From positions 124,001-188,000 of the forward strand of contig CM074519.1 in the NCBI GenBank assembly GCA_037379345.1: a DNA stretch of 64,000 nt. The letters are read 5' to 3'. The DNA is from Perna viridis (Eukaryota). Position numbers and translations under genes: made by a program. The notes beneath the pieces were generated by a model, which saw nothing but the letters and a program-made list of their open reading frames with translations, did no database searches and had not been told where the DNA came from. Below, one piece after another: positions 12,801 through 27,800 of the stretch. Each line of letters opens with the position of its first letter. Position 1 is the stretch's first letter.

Positions 12801-15800
12801 AGTGACCAGGCAATAATGGATACTTTACACTACTGAAGCCTTGTCCTGACTCAGTGTTCAGGATACTTTACACTACAGAGGCCTTATCCTGATTCAGTGT
12901 CCAGGATACTTTACACTACAGAGGCCTTGTCATGACTCCGTGTACAGGATACTTTACACTACTGAAGCCTTGTCCTGACTCAGTGTCCAGTATACTTTAT
13001 ACTACAGAGGCCTTGTCCTGACTCAGTGACCAGGCAATAATAAGACATGCCACAGTTTTATTGATGGATATAATAACAATACCTGGAGTTGTTCTCTGAT
13101 TCACTGACATCTGAAGAAAAAAAGAAGATATTCATTGGTAAAAAAAACCACTAAACAACAAGTATTAAGGCTTCTATTTCTCAAGTATCTGTTTTCTATT
13201 AATAAGGCAATCAAAACATTCTCAATAAATCACAAAATATAATCATACAACTTAATTTGTTACTTTTTATCAGGACCAATGTAATACATAGCCATATTTT
13301 CTTTACATGAAATTCAGGAAAAAAAATTGCCAGTGTATTTCAGTAATTGGACTGCTGGATTTTTAAATTAATGAGCATTTTAGAAGTTTGACGACATCTA
13401 ATATTTAATAAGGTACTGACATTAATGGCTTTTAGTTTGCATCCTGATAATCGTAGTGTGCTTGTCAGAATGGATTAGAGAAAAACTGAACAAACTGTGA
13501 GCAATGTTCACTAAATCTTTACCCTCCTACTCCCCCAAAAATGACCATTTACACAGAAATCTTAATTGTAAGCTAGGTACAGAGCAAAAAAAAAAGTAAT
13601 GCTTAAGCCATATACCATTCAAAGTGCAGTTAGCACTGGGGGGTTTTTGATTCTTGTGAAAATTGTACCATGAACAAAATTTAAAAGATTACATGATGTA
13701 AAAATAAAACTATAATTGTTACTACAACTATAATCATATTGCATTTCCTATATTATTTAGAACTGCTTTTCCTGATATATATAAGCTGAAAGTCAATAAA
13801 TTTCTGATTTCTGAATTAAAAACTGTAATTGATAGTAAAGTAGTATCCAACTTAACACATTTACAAATTTTATTCTGTTTCACCTTTTTCCCTATTTTTT
13901 AATTTGCAATCATACTCAAGAGTATTTCAACAGAGTATTATCCTACACTGTAGTCATACTCAAATGAAACTAATTTCTGATTAATTAGTAACAAGCATTC
14001 TGACAGTATTGCTGATGCAATACAGTGTCCCCTTTCGGCCTTTGAACTCACTGCCTTTATGAGATTTTTTTTATATATGTGAACTAACAATGGATGGTGT
14101 TATTTTTTGACAATCAAGAGAAAATAACTCTTGAACAGCAAAAGCAAATTCCATCAAAATCAAACCTGAGCTTCATTTTACAGTAAATAATAACATTTTT
14201 GCATTACAGAAAGCTGCATAAAGACATTCTCTGGAAAGTTGAAAAAAACTTCGTTATTATGAATTAAAGGGCAAATAACTCTAGAATGACTGCAGCAATT
14301 TGCATCAAAATGATGAAACATAAAATTTTATGTAATTTTCTATGTCCAAGGGACACAACTTCAGTAAAAATCATTCAACATCATTCGAACTTAACTTGTA
14401 ACTTGTCATGATAAGATTATATACCAAATATGAAATCAATTGGATGAGGCATTACAAAAAAAAGTCCGGAAAACCAAGTGTGACTGATGGACGGACAGAG
14501 TGCAAACGTAAGTCCCCTTCGGCATTTGCAGAAAGGGGACAATAAATAAATAATTTCCTTGATAAAAAAATATGTAATAATGATTTTTAAAACCAAGACA
14601 CTTTTTATCAATTTGAATTTTCGCCCCAATTTCACTTGGTGAAAATCAAAGCTCTTCACTCCCAGTTTATTACTCATAAAATATTGACGTTAGGATGGAG
14701 ATTTTGACTAATTGTTGTATTAAATGGAACATGCTTAGCACATTCAATGCTTCTTGGCACACTACTGCCAAAACTTAATTCCCTTAATGTTAATTTATAA
14801 ATAAACATCCAAAAAGTAGTCCCTGAAATTGTCAGTTCAATTTAAGACTTTATCTTAATTTTGTTTGCAGAAATAACAGAATATTATTGAGATGAATAAT
14901 CACCAGAAACATATTAACAGGTTATAGAAGAGATATTGAATGATATAAAAGGAATCACATTTGGACTATATTTTTGTGTAGTGTTCTGAAACAATGGGTG
15001 AGGAACCTGAAAAGTGGTGACACCGTACAAGGTGATTGCAATAAACCACCCCCCACTATAATGAGTAGGAGTATTATAAGTAAATAATGTTGGTAATGCT
15101 CAAAATACAGCGACCCCTCATGGATTATCCCTATTGGTAAGTGTATATTTCCCTACATATACATTAAATGTCACTTGTCTGTCAATGTGTTAAAAAAATT
15201 AAAGTCCCAGACTTTGAATCAGATGCACAGAATGACATTTAAGTTTATAAGAATCTTCGTGCAGTTTGAGTGCAGCACCTTCAGCAATCACGGAAAATTG
15301 GGGTACTACACCTGTGTAATCAAAATTGTTACATTTTACCTTAAGAATTTCGTAATTAAGAGAGATGGATTTGTTTATAATACCTTCACACAATGAATTG
15401 TTGTTGACACTATCAAGTTTTCGTCTTTTAGCCCTACAAGAGATTAATAAATTTGATTTAGTTGGCATGGCATGTTATACGAACAGTCCACTATAAATGT
15501 AAGTTGTTGTTGGGGCAATCAGAAAAAAAAATTGCAGAAGAAATATTGGATGTTTAGTCATGACATTAAAAGAGATAAATAATGATGAGAGGATTGAAAA
15601 CAAATACAACATTTACAACTTTTCATGAATACCAAACATCCAGTCATGGCGAAATTTGTCGGACCGTCAGACATGACAGGTACTTTAAACCGCTGGTCTA
15701 GTAAAATTTGTGTGATTTCCGTACCAGATGTCCAGTACTTTTTTTTATTAGACACCCCTCAACCGGAACTTCCAGAGATAGCTTCCAAATCGAGTAAAAA

Positions 15801-18800
15801 AGTAATGCAAATTTTTTTTTTTTCGGTCCAGCAGATTTTGTTAGGTTGCCAAACCAAATGTCCAACAGGTTGAAAAATGATTTCGCCAGGTTTGAACATC
15901 GTTCTAATTCTTAATCTTTCTTTCCAGACATTAAGCTTTGAAGAATAAGTATACATGTATCATTTTCATCTCTGGCAGTTTTCTGTTCATTAAACTTTCA
16001 ATAGTAATTTTGACTTTAAAAACTTCTGTGAATTACCTCGTGCCAATTTCCCTGACTGGACTCTTTTCTACAACAGAAAGTTTTCATGAATTTGACATAC
16101 AGATAGTACATGTATATAAGGAACAACACAGCTAATCATAAATACATCTTATGAGGAATAACACAGTGACTCCTAAATGCATCTAATGAGGAATAGCACG
16201 GTGATTCCTAAATACATCGAATGAGGAATAACACAGTGATTCCTAAATACACCTCATGAGGAATAACACAGCAATTCCTAAATACATCTAATGAAGAATA
16301 ACACAGTGATTCCTAAATACACCTCATGAGGAATAACACATCGATTCCTAAATACATCTAATGAGGAATAACACAGTGATTCCTAAATACACCTCATGAG
16401 GAAAAACACAGTGATTCCTAAATACATCTAATGAGGAATAACACAGTGATTCCTAATACACCTCATGAGGAATAACACAGTGATTCAAACACACTTTTAA
16501 TCAACACTTCTGAACATTTCTTTAAATAAAAAGAAATTAATAAAATGTCTATAAAACAGTAAAACTTAACATTTACACCTCATGTGTGGAATCAATGCCG
16601 TCAACAAACAGGAGAAAGTGAAAAACAGAAAATTGCAAGAACTTGCTTCTCTAATTTTGTTTCTTTTCTTTTTTTTTTCTTGGTGGAAAAGAAATTTCCT
16701 CGTCATTCATTGAACACCAATGGGTGGCCGTGGGCTGACATTCTAGGTTTTTGTCTCTTGGACATATACGCCATACCTTTTCTCATTATATTAAAACAGA
16801 CAATTTGTCAAAAATTCTAAATATAAGTACAACTGTGGTCAGACACAATAGTGTGTAGTAATAAAACACATGAGTGTACAATGAGGTATATTTATCTTGA
16901 GACATAGAAATTATATAATATACATTTTTGTAACATAGTTTACGTGTTAAAAGTGCCCTTTTAAAAATTTGCCCCCTTCTGCCCTTGAATCCTAGCTGAA
17001 CTTTTGTTGCTTATGCAAATAAGTTATTAGTGTTAAATCTAGGATTAAAAACGGGCATGGTAATTTTTTTTTTTCAAAAGGGAACTTTTTGCCACGATGT
17101 TTGATTTTTATGACACATTGATTGGTTTAAAAATCGACATATTATGCAAACTGTGTTGGTTTTACTGTAGTAATGTATGAATGAGACAATCACTATAGCA
17201 TTAAAGGGCCCCTTTCAGTTGAACAACATGTGCATTGCACTATTATAGATTGAAGTTTCTAAGCCCCCTATTTTGTGTTGGATTCCTCCAAATCTATCTA
17301 AAATTCTTAAGTTTTTTTTCAAATTAAAAAAAAAAAGAGAAAATTTATTTAAACTCAAATTCATTTCTACTATTTGAAAATTAATACATTGAATATTTGT
17401 TTTCTTCTTTCCATTAATGCCAGTTGAAGATGTCTTGAGTTAGTATTCATCATGTTCATATTGTGAACTTGAATTCTACAATTCAACAAGTATTTTTGGG
17501 TTAAATAAGTCTAAATTGGCTATTAAGACAGTATGCTGCTGTGTAGTATCGTGAGAACTTTCATTATTAAACATTATTTAATCTTTTACTTTTCATTAAA
17601 TGCTACCATGAGATGCAGTATATGAGGAAATGTAACAAATATTTAAGAATGTTGAAACTGAATTTCCAAAATCATCACTATTTGAAAGGAATAACATTCT
17701 TTTTAACTATTGCAAACAAAACTTTTGGGAAAAATACTGCATTGTTGAAATTACAGGAAATGTGAAGATTGCAAGGGAGGTAACACATTTTGTACAAACA
17801 TTTCTCATTTTAAAATTTGTTTACACACATGGTTCTACAAATTCAAGACCTGTTCAGATGACAGTATTGTCAAATTAATTAAGGAGTAGAATTTAATCTT
17901 TAAAAAATGATTGGATGTTCACAAAATTGTGGTAGATCCACTCGGGATTCATTTTCTAATTGTCAGACCCTAATCAGCTGATTGCTTCTCAGAGATTATT
18001 TTCCTGTCATAAAAAGTACCCTTAGGCCTTATCTATTTAGACAGCTATTAACACCATTTGTGAGATTAATGACTCTTTTAATTAAAGAAATGAGATTGAA
18101 ATGCGAATTACGGGTTTGATTACGGAGTTTTTAGGTAATTTTGACAAAATTTGACCTAAAAATCGTGTTAGGTAAACAGCAAAAATAGCGGTGAAGTTTC
18201 GTGGTTTCAAGAGGGCTAAAATTCTAACAGGGGCACATTTTCGCGACTGGAAAAGGCAATTAGTATGTTGGAAAAAGGGCATGGTGCCGCGCCATGCTAC
18301 TTAGCTTTAGATCTCACTAACCACTTCCGGGTCAAATGGCCACCCCCCTATGTAGTACCAAAAACACACTGAACCTAGACATATGCATTGTAAGTGCATT
18401 ATTTGTGTGTATTATGATTAAAAGTAGTCAAAATAAAGCTGAGAATGTGTACTTTAAAATCATATATGTAATTAACTACAAAAGTATATGAATATTGTTT
18501 ACATGTGTGAGTAATTTGCCTCCATGCTGTCAGTTAGCAGAACAGGTAAAAATGTGAATTTTCAGTATTATTTATTCAAGTAAATTTTGTGAAGAATTTC
18601 TACTATGATCGTACCATTAGCATCATGATTTTGGAAGCCTTATTTTCCAAGCTTCGCAACGGTATGCAGCTTTAAGATGTCATTTGTCCTGGGAATTCAC
18701 AGTGAGACTTTGAAAATTACTTTTTTAACATGTAAAGTAATGGCAAGGTTAGAAGTGGTTAGTGAGACCTTAGATTTAACCCTAGAGTTATTCTACTCTA

Positions 18801-21800
18801 ATCTTTGCATCAGTACAAATTTATTTTCTCACTACATAATAATATTTAGCTTGAATGAACTTGCTAACTGGTGATGTTTGGCATTAACTGACTAGAATGT
18901 ACTTACTGACTGGTGATGTTTGGCATTAACTGACTAGAATGTACTTACTGACTGGTGATGTTTGGCAGTTATTGACTATGATATACCTACTGACTGGTGA
19001 TGTTTGGCATTAATTGACTACAGTGTACTTACTGACTGGTGATGTTTTGCAGTTATTGACTAGAATGTACTTACTGACTGGTGATGTTTGGCATTAATTG
19101 ACTAGAATGTACTTACTGACTGGTGATGTTTGGCAGTTACAGGTTAAAATATACTGACTGGTGGTGTTTGGCAGTAATTGAGTAAAACAAAGATGTTTTT
19201 ACAAGGTCTGCAAACAAAGCAGCAAATGGGATTTAAACATAAAGGAAAACAAAGAATCATAACGGTAAATCCGGATTTGAAATAGCAGAATTCCCCTAAA
19301 AGGCGGAAAAAAATCATGTCTGCTAAAATATACTTACTGACTGGTGATGTTTGGCAATTCCTGACATGAGTGTTCTTACTGACTTGTGATGTTCGGCAGG
19401 TATTGACTTGACCTTTCTTTTTCTGAAAGAATTCAAACCATTAAAGTAATTTCAACCCAACAAACATGCATCTACATGTATTACCAGATATCAAGGAAAT
19501 AGATACTAAACAAAATATGTACCCTCTATCCAATACATTGGAGTACAATGTATAGTAATGGTGAAGTTCAACATGTTAGAAATGTAATATAAGAAATTTA
19601 TCAAAATTGTTTATAATAGGAGGTGCATATATATAAACACTGAGCCAAGTTTGAATAAAATTGAATTACAGTTGACTTAAAGTATGTTCCATTCATAGCA
19701 TATATGTTGTTGTGCACATCTTTGATGTGTATATAAATACTAAGTAAAGTTTGAATAATACTAAGAAAGTATTATTGCTCGTGAGGTACCAATTTTCGGG
19801 GATTTCGTTGGTTTGGTAAACCACGAAATTTAGTTCCCAACGAAAACAAAACTTTACGTTCATTTGTATGATAGAGCTATCAAATCCACAAATTCAAGAA
19901 TCCACAAACTGATCACATTCCCCATAACCATGAAAATTGGTACCCACGAATAAAAAGAATTTCACAGTATTGATTCATTTTTAGTTACAGATTACTCAAA
20001 AGTATGGACCCATATTCATGACAGGCAAAAAGAGTACAGTGGCAACTAAACTTGTCATCAACAGTAATGAGCACTCACATATCCCAATAAGGGACAACTC
20101 TGTACACTTTTCATATGTCCTGATGGCGACATGTACAAGCATTCAAGATTTTAATTGCATTGTAATCTTTGAACTCAAAAATGTTGAACTTGGTAAATAG
20201 GCACAAGAAATAAACTTGATTAACAATACATACTGCCTCTCGTATCAACTTGAGCTTCATTTCTAGGTTCTGTTGTTCTCTTGGTGACAACATCCTTATT
20301 CTATTCTTCTCTATGTAACGTTCAATAGTTTCGTGACTAAATGTGCTGAAATGTGACAAAATCACTAACGTAACCAACCAACCAAAGATTAGGTATTAGT
20401 ATTAGTTATCAAGTATACATGTAGTGAAAGCTTTGGTACTACATTTATTTTTTTTCCTTTTTATTGAGGTTCAAAATTATCGATACCCATGGTAAAGGAA
20501 TACTGCCATCTAAGGCATTTAAATATAAGATCTTTGTTTATGGCAGATATTTCATACATTTCAGGAAGAGAATCATTAACCAACGGAACAGATACTGCTT
20601 TGTACTAGATTGACATGTTGAACCAGATCTACATTGTACTAGCTCACAGAAACAACAGCTTGCAGGTAGTCATGCCATTCCACTCAATAACATTAAATTG
20701 ACTCAGCAAGGACTCTCTCTATCCTCTTAAATACCACACATTGGGGGTGAAGCAATGACTACCAATTTTGAACTCTTTGGTAGGACTCGGCTGGGTACTG
20801 AACCAGTGACCTCCACACTTGAGGCTAACACGCTACCTTTAGACCATCATGTCAGTTGTTACATCAGGGAAATTCCTCTCTTATTTAATATTGTATGAAT
20901 ACATGTAGTATGGTTTACTTTAAGAAAATTTATTTCTTGTTTTTATGTCATTGGAAGTTGCATGACAAATTTTTTACCTGTCTTTTTATGTCATTGGAGG
21001 TGTTGCATAACAATTTTCTAACCTGTGTTTTATGTCATTGGAAGTGTTGCATGACAAATTTTTTACCTGTCTTTTTATGTCATTGGAGGTGTTGCATAAC
21101 AATTTTCTAACCTGTGTTTTATGTCATTGGAAGTGTTGCATGAAAAATTTCTAACCTGTGTTTTATGTCATTGGAAGTGTTGCATGACAAATTTTTTACC
21201 TGTCTTTTTATGTCATTGGAGGTGTTGCATAACAATTTTCTAACCTGTGTTTTATGTCATTGGAAGTGTTGCATGACAAATTTCTAACCTGTGTTTTATG
21301 TCATTGGAAGTGTTGCATGACAAATTTTTTACCTGTCTTTTTATGTCATTGGAGGTGTTGCATAACAATTTTCTAACCTGTGTATCATGTCATTGGAAGG
21401 GTTGCATGACAAATTTCATACCTGTGTTTTTGTCATTGTACATTTTTGTACGCGTTGCATAACAAATTTCTTATCTGTGTTAAATGTCACTGGAAGTGTT
21501 GCATGACAAATTTCTTACCTGTGTTTAATGTCATCAGTCAAGTTACACTTCTTTACAATGTAGTCTGCTTGCTGAAATTAAAAGTAAGAATCTATACAAA
21601 TTTTTGTTACAAATTTATTTACAGATCTGCCAATTATTGGGTTGTCAATGGTGAAATGAACTATTACCAGACAATTAGTATCGAAACCTACCAAGTATTT
21701 CTAACTCCATTTCCACAGTAATTATTTTGCTGTGATACCAATAAATTCAATGCAATAGGTAAATTACTTTTCAAGTTCAATTGAAGATATTTATAGATTA

Positions 21801-24800
21801 AACAAGAATCCATTTACCACTTTGTGATTATTAGTAATAAAAATTGTGGTTTTAGAAAAAAAAAACTGCTCAAAGGGAAGAAACTCTATAGTAGGACAAA
21901 CATTTTTGGACAATTAAAATTGTTTATCAACTAATCAAATAAATTTTCTCCATAATTTATCATGAGTTTCAAACAAATTTCAAATTAAGTGATCCGCAGA
22001 TTGATATCCCAAATCATCAGTGACGTCTTAGTTCATGTCACAAGAGAAAAATGTTGTGACTTTCTGGTGGGACCCAGAGTTAAAAATAACTGAATTAATT
22101 TCACATGTGAATTATCATAGATTAAAACACAGTAATCATTTGTAAAATCTACTGCTATCAATATAGTACAAAATTCCTAATTCTACAAATCTTTAAACTG
22201 TAGATATAATTACTCTTAATTCTTTTCAGAAAGCAAATTAGTTTTTTTTTTTTTATTTTATTTATTTCCATAAAGAACTTCTACTATAAAGAAACTGACA
22301 AGTATTTGTTTTCCACACATAAACAACTTTTACCTGTAGTAAGTAAGGAATGGAGAATGTATTATGTATTTCTGTCAGACAGGAAACAGCTTTCTTCAGG
22401 AACTTGTTATAACTGTTAAAGTGAATATAATTGTGGTCTTTATCTAAGGACGCTAATACCATTGTAAGGTGTTCTACAACATTCTGAAACAAAAGCATTT
22501 AATGAATATGCTGGAACATATCTAGTACTTACAGGTACAAGGCCCTCATAAATACTGGAATAATTCAAACCTTTACTGGTAAAAGGCCCCTGTAAAAACT
22601 CGAATATTTCCATCCTTTACAGGTACAAGGCTACTACATATATACTGGAATACTCCATACTTTACAGGTAAAAGGTCCCCATAAATACTGGAATATTTCT
22701 AAACTATACAGGTAAAAGGTCCCCATAAATACTGGAATATTTCTAAACTATACAGGTAAAAGGTCCCCATAAATACTGGAATATTCCTAACCTTTACAGG
22801 TAAAAGGTCCCTGTAAATACTGGAATATTCAATACCAACAAGTAAAAAAATCTAGTTATTTTAATGAAAAAAATGTTTGCAAGAGCTATTAAAAGATCCT
22901 TTACAATTGTTTAAACGAATTTTATAAGAAGGACAAAAGTAAAAACCAAGGGTATTGTGGCTATTTTCTTTTATATTCAAATATTTCTAAGGGCATAACT
23001 GTTTATGAAGCAAGTGCAATGGTTCTTAAAATTCAAGTGAAAGTCACAAACTGTTATATTGAACTTGTATATATTTCATAGATCTATGTGGTTAATAAAC
23101 TGGTGAAGGTTGATGTTCTACTATACTTTAGAAAATAATATTAACTGTTAAGTTCAAAGAATTTAAGGCCTTATGAAAAATACAAATAACATAAATCAAA
23201 TGTTCCAAACCTTTAATTCATAGTTATTTGCCAATTCTTATCAGTTTGGTTATTTCACGTTTCATACATAAAAAATTGCGTCAGAAACATTTGATAGTGA
23301 TGTTTATTGTAATGCAGATTAGTTTCCTTGATAAATTCATTTTTTTTTTGTCGTGATCGGCAGTACGAATGAATAAAGAAACTTTAGTCATGGTTAATTT
23401 GGTGCTTTTGTCATGAACGTGATCCGTTTTTTTAAAACACAGTACTGATTCTGTATCACGGATTCCTTATGTGGGAAGTTTTAGAATCAATTCAACACTT
23501 CCGGTCATCATTGACCAAAGCATGTCATAGTGCAAGTACACAAAAATATTATCTGATTTTACTAAATAAGTGATAGATGGTGTGTATAAACAAATGTCAA
23601 CATCTTTCAATGACTTTATGTTATCTTTTAGGTGTGATCAGGCCAAACTCTTTTGTTTCACATAAAAAAAAAATAACATAGATTTTCAAATCTAAGCAGA
23701 ATGAGCTCAAAAAATGGGAATATTTGCATCAACAACAAGTGATCAAAATCTGCTCACAACAGCACAGATGCCACCTCCTGCACTCTAGATTTTCCAAATT
23801 TTCCGGACCCCCAACCTACCAAGCATGGCGCCACCTACTTTGTAACTTATTGAGAACCCTGTTCTATAAGGTAACTTTCAATACAACACCACTTTATTAA
23901 AGAATTTGCAAAAATGATTGAAAACCAACAATCACTTGAGTAAGTACAGTATACCATTGTGACTAACCTAAATACAATATATGAACTCACCCCCCCCAAA
24001 AAAAAAAAAATTTCCAGTGAGTGATGAAATGGCTATTTAGCTGCCATCCTGTCATCTGTAAATGGTAGTAAGGTTGAGTACTAACATACATGCACATATA
24101 GATACAAGACCTTTTCATTTTTATCTGTCTCCCACAGTCTGTTGAACACATCCTGTCCTGTGAGGAAATCATTGGCTCTGCAGCATACTAACACAGCCTA
24201 CAATATGAAGAAGTAGTTCATGTCATGGTAAGTTCACAACAGCCCTACTCATCATACTAACACAGCCTACAATATAAAGAAAACATTCATGTCATAGTTA
24301 GTTCATGACAGCCCTACATATAGCATTAACACCCCTACAATTTAAAGAGGATCATGTGATTGCAAGAGTAATCAAGGGAACCAAGGTTATAGCGGTAATC
24401 AAAAGAATGTAATCCAGAGACAAAAACCAGACATGGAAAACAGACATACACAACAAAGAACATAAAGTAACTAAAATCATACATACAAAGTAACAAAAGT
24501 AAATGAGCAACTTGGACTCCACTAAAAACTGGGAGCATGGACCAGGTGCACCGGTAGGGTAAGCGTCCTCTGCTTTTCTAGAAACACCCACCGAGTTGAT
24601 CATAAAAAGTCAAGTCCGGGGTAGACTAGATTAGATTAGGATAGCTCTGCATTTTAAATCTTAAAGGTTCAGCAGCAACAAATAAGCTGTTGCAAGCTAC
24701 GTCATGCAGGAAGATGATATGCGACAAACCTGAGAGAAAAAAACACCCTTCAAGTTCAAGTCATCATGCAAAAGCAATATACATGTTCATGTACCAAATA

Positions 24801-27800
24801 TCTAAGCATTTCTTTGATAGAAGCTAGTAAATTTCTTACAGAAATGTGTCACAAACAGACAAGGTCACTTAAGTGACTGCAATCAATATTTCATTCTGAA
24901 AATACCTTTTTCCAATTTGAAAGCAAGGGGCATACACTGTGTCCACCTTCATGAATGAATAAAACATGAAAAATGTAAGATTTTCTCCAAAAACTAAGAC
25001 CTTTTTATATAGGGGTTTTAAAAAAGAAAATGGATGGCTGTCAGATGTACATGTACATGTATGGACAAGGTAATTGCAAGACGCTCTAGTGAGTGGGAGT
25101 ATAGACAGAATGAAAAATTATTATACCTGTATTGTTTATACATGTACGTATCTACAATGCAACCTGATTATAATTTGTATGATAATAATATTGTCTGAAA
25201 TAATGTCTGGTTATCCTGTTAGGCTGATAGAGCAAGGTGTTACTTAGATGTAATCAGTTGCCCAGCCTAACTTGTGTTTTCCCCATTAAATGTGGAGAAT
25301 TTTGTTTTTACTTATTTCAGCTATCAAGACTTACACACTTCTTCTTTAAAGGATTTTTTTCTATTCCCAAGACTTTAATACATGAACTAGCTTTTTTTTA
25401 CTAATAAGTACATGTAGGTCTTCAGAGTCTCGCTCAATATGGCAATCACTTACTTGTTTTTTTACAGTAGTACGCAAAGTCTTCAGAGTCTCTATATGGG
25501 TCTCACTCACTAAGGACTCTATTACACTGACATTTTTCAGAGCTTCCTCTAGTGCAGTAAGGTCACTATTTAAAGTATATCTAGTCGTATGATCACAACC
25601 ATCAGACAAACGGCACAGAAACAATAAAATCTGGACCTTTTGTTTCCGTTCAGTTGAATTGGAATATGGTTGAGTGACCACACCTGAAATAAACATTAGA
25701 CAGTGTTGTGACCTGTAGAAATTTGTTTGTTGCTTGGTACTTGGTGGATGAGGGTCTCATTGGCTATCATACCACATCTCCCATTTTTATATGTCAGTTA
25801 CCTTCAACTTAAGTTACATGTACATGTACACACAAATGTGTACCACAACTTGGTTAATTCCTATACACCAGTACAGTACATACAGATGTGCAGCTGGAAT
25901 AGATTGGTTTTTCAGGAGTTGAATATATGACAGGGTCATGTAAAATGTGATTCTTGGTTGAAAGGCCTACATATTTTTATTTTTGTTATTTTGTTTAAAT
26001 TGTTATAGTTAACAGAAATTGACATGTGGTTTTTCATATAACCCGTGCTCATAGGAGATAAAAATTATATAGAATGCACTGTAGATTTCAAAATTAAGGG
26101 AAATAACTCTGTAAATGGCACTCAAATACAATAGAATCTACTGGAATTTCAATGTGGATGATCTCCTAAGAGCAGGTAGATTTGAATGAATAATTACACA
26201 TTTCATAGTATAGACCCATAAAACAACCTAATTACAAAAATAAAAATATGAAGTCTTTTTGGGGTGTATCACATTCTTCAGATTTTGCATGATTCGTACA
26301 AAGACAGCTACTTATATATATGGCATTTATTGCTTTGACAGACTTTCCCCATTAATCCTCAATTAGTGCCTGCTGCAGCATATGGCCATGAGAGAAAAGA
26401 TTTATTCAATTTATATTGATAAGGTGAAGACTACTTGTAGGTGATTTGGTCAAACGATTAAGGAATTATGTAATTTTCTGCAACCAGCTGGATACATACA
26501 TTTGCACTGTTTCTATTTATCTTTCTTTAATTCAAAATGATGTTAGTGTAGGTATATACATTGTATCTCTTCTATGTAGCCTTTTAATTTAGCAATGATT
26601 ATACCTTTTATGATAGTGATCAAGTGAAACCAGATTCTTATGGAGGAAGAACAGCATGTAATTGTAAACAAAAGCCAGCCATTTCATTTCGATACAATTT
26701 TATTGAACCCCATTAAGTTATCAGTATTTGGCCAGTTGGATTTGCGTTTCCACAGAAGAGCATCTTTAAGGTCAAAGGGTAAAAAGCGAAACTATACCAA
26801 CTGCCTTGTAAAAATATTTACAAAACTTACGCCGACTAAGGAGGTTAGTCATGACTAAGGGTGTTAGAAAGTTTCCATGACTTTTGTTATCCTAACAACC
26901 CTACCCTTAGCCATGCCGACATGACTAACCCCCTTGGTAACGGTTAGTTTTACAAATTTATTTTTGGTCATTTTCTTAATTTTAAAATAATTCCAAATTC
27001 AAACAATACCTTGTTTTCAGTTTCTTCATGCTGAAAATGCTGTTATATTCAACTTTAATTAAACTTTGCAGTTTAAAATAGCCACAAGTATTTGCCCAGG
27101 GTTGAGTTACCTTTAACTATAGTCAGTTTTGAAAGGCTCACATTAAATATTTTCATATGATTGACACTTACCCAAAAATTAATTTGGAGGGTAACTAATT
27201 AAGAATCTTATCGGCACTATCACAATTATCTTCTGATTGGCTTCAGTCATAAATATGTCACTGGTTTATATAAAATGAATCCCGAATTGATGGGTTTCTC
27301 ATGCATAAAATGAAAATTTTCTATGCTGATAATGGTAATAAAAGTTAACCATGGTGGGCAACAATTTTATCATGACCCAGACTTTTCAACCTTGGCGGCC
27401 CACCATGCTTAAACATCTCATGAAGTAACCTGGTAGCAGAGTCCGCGAAAACTTGTTTTGCCCTGTCAGTCATGGGACTGGCTGGTTAGATTGTCCAGTC
27501 AGTCCCACAGATATTTAGCCAGTCCCACTTATTTTCGTTAATTTACTGTTAGTGTATTAAAATTCTTTAATGATTTTATGGTATGCCAAGTTGCTTTTCA
27601 TTTTGTTGTATTGACTTGGTTGTAAAGTTTTTTTCTCAATCTGTTTTCAGAAATGGCTATTAATACAGGTTTCCCATTTTGCATGAGATTAGTTTAGTAA
27701 CTTTAGTTTGTATCAATATAATTATCTGAATATCAATAATTTTATTTTACCATAATCATTCAACAGCACATTTTTTTAATCCATGAAAAGTTTTCTGCTT

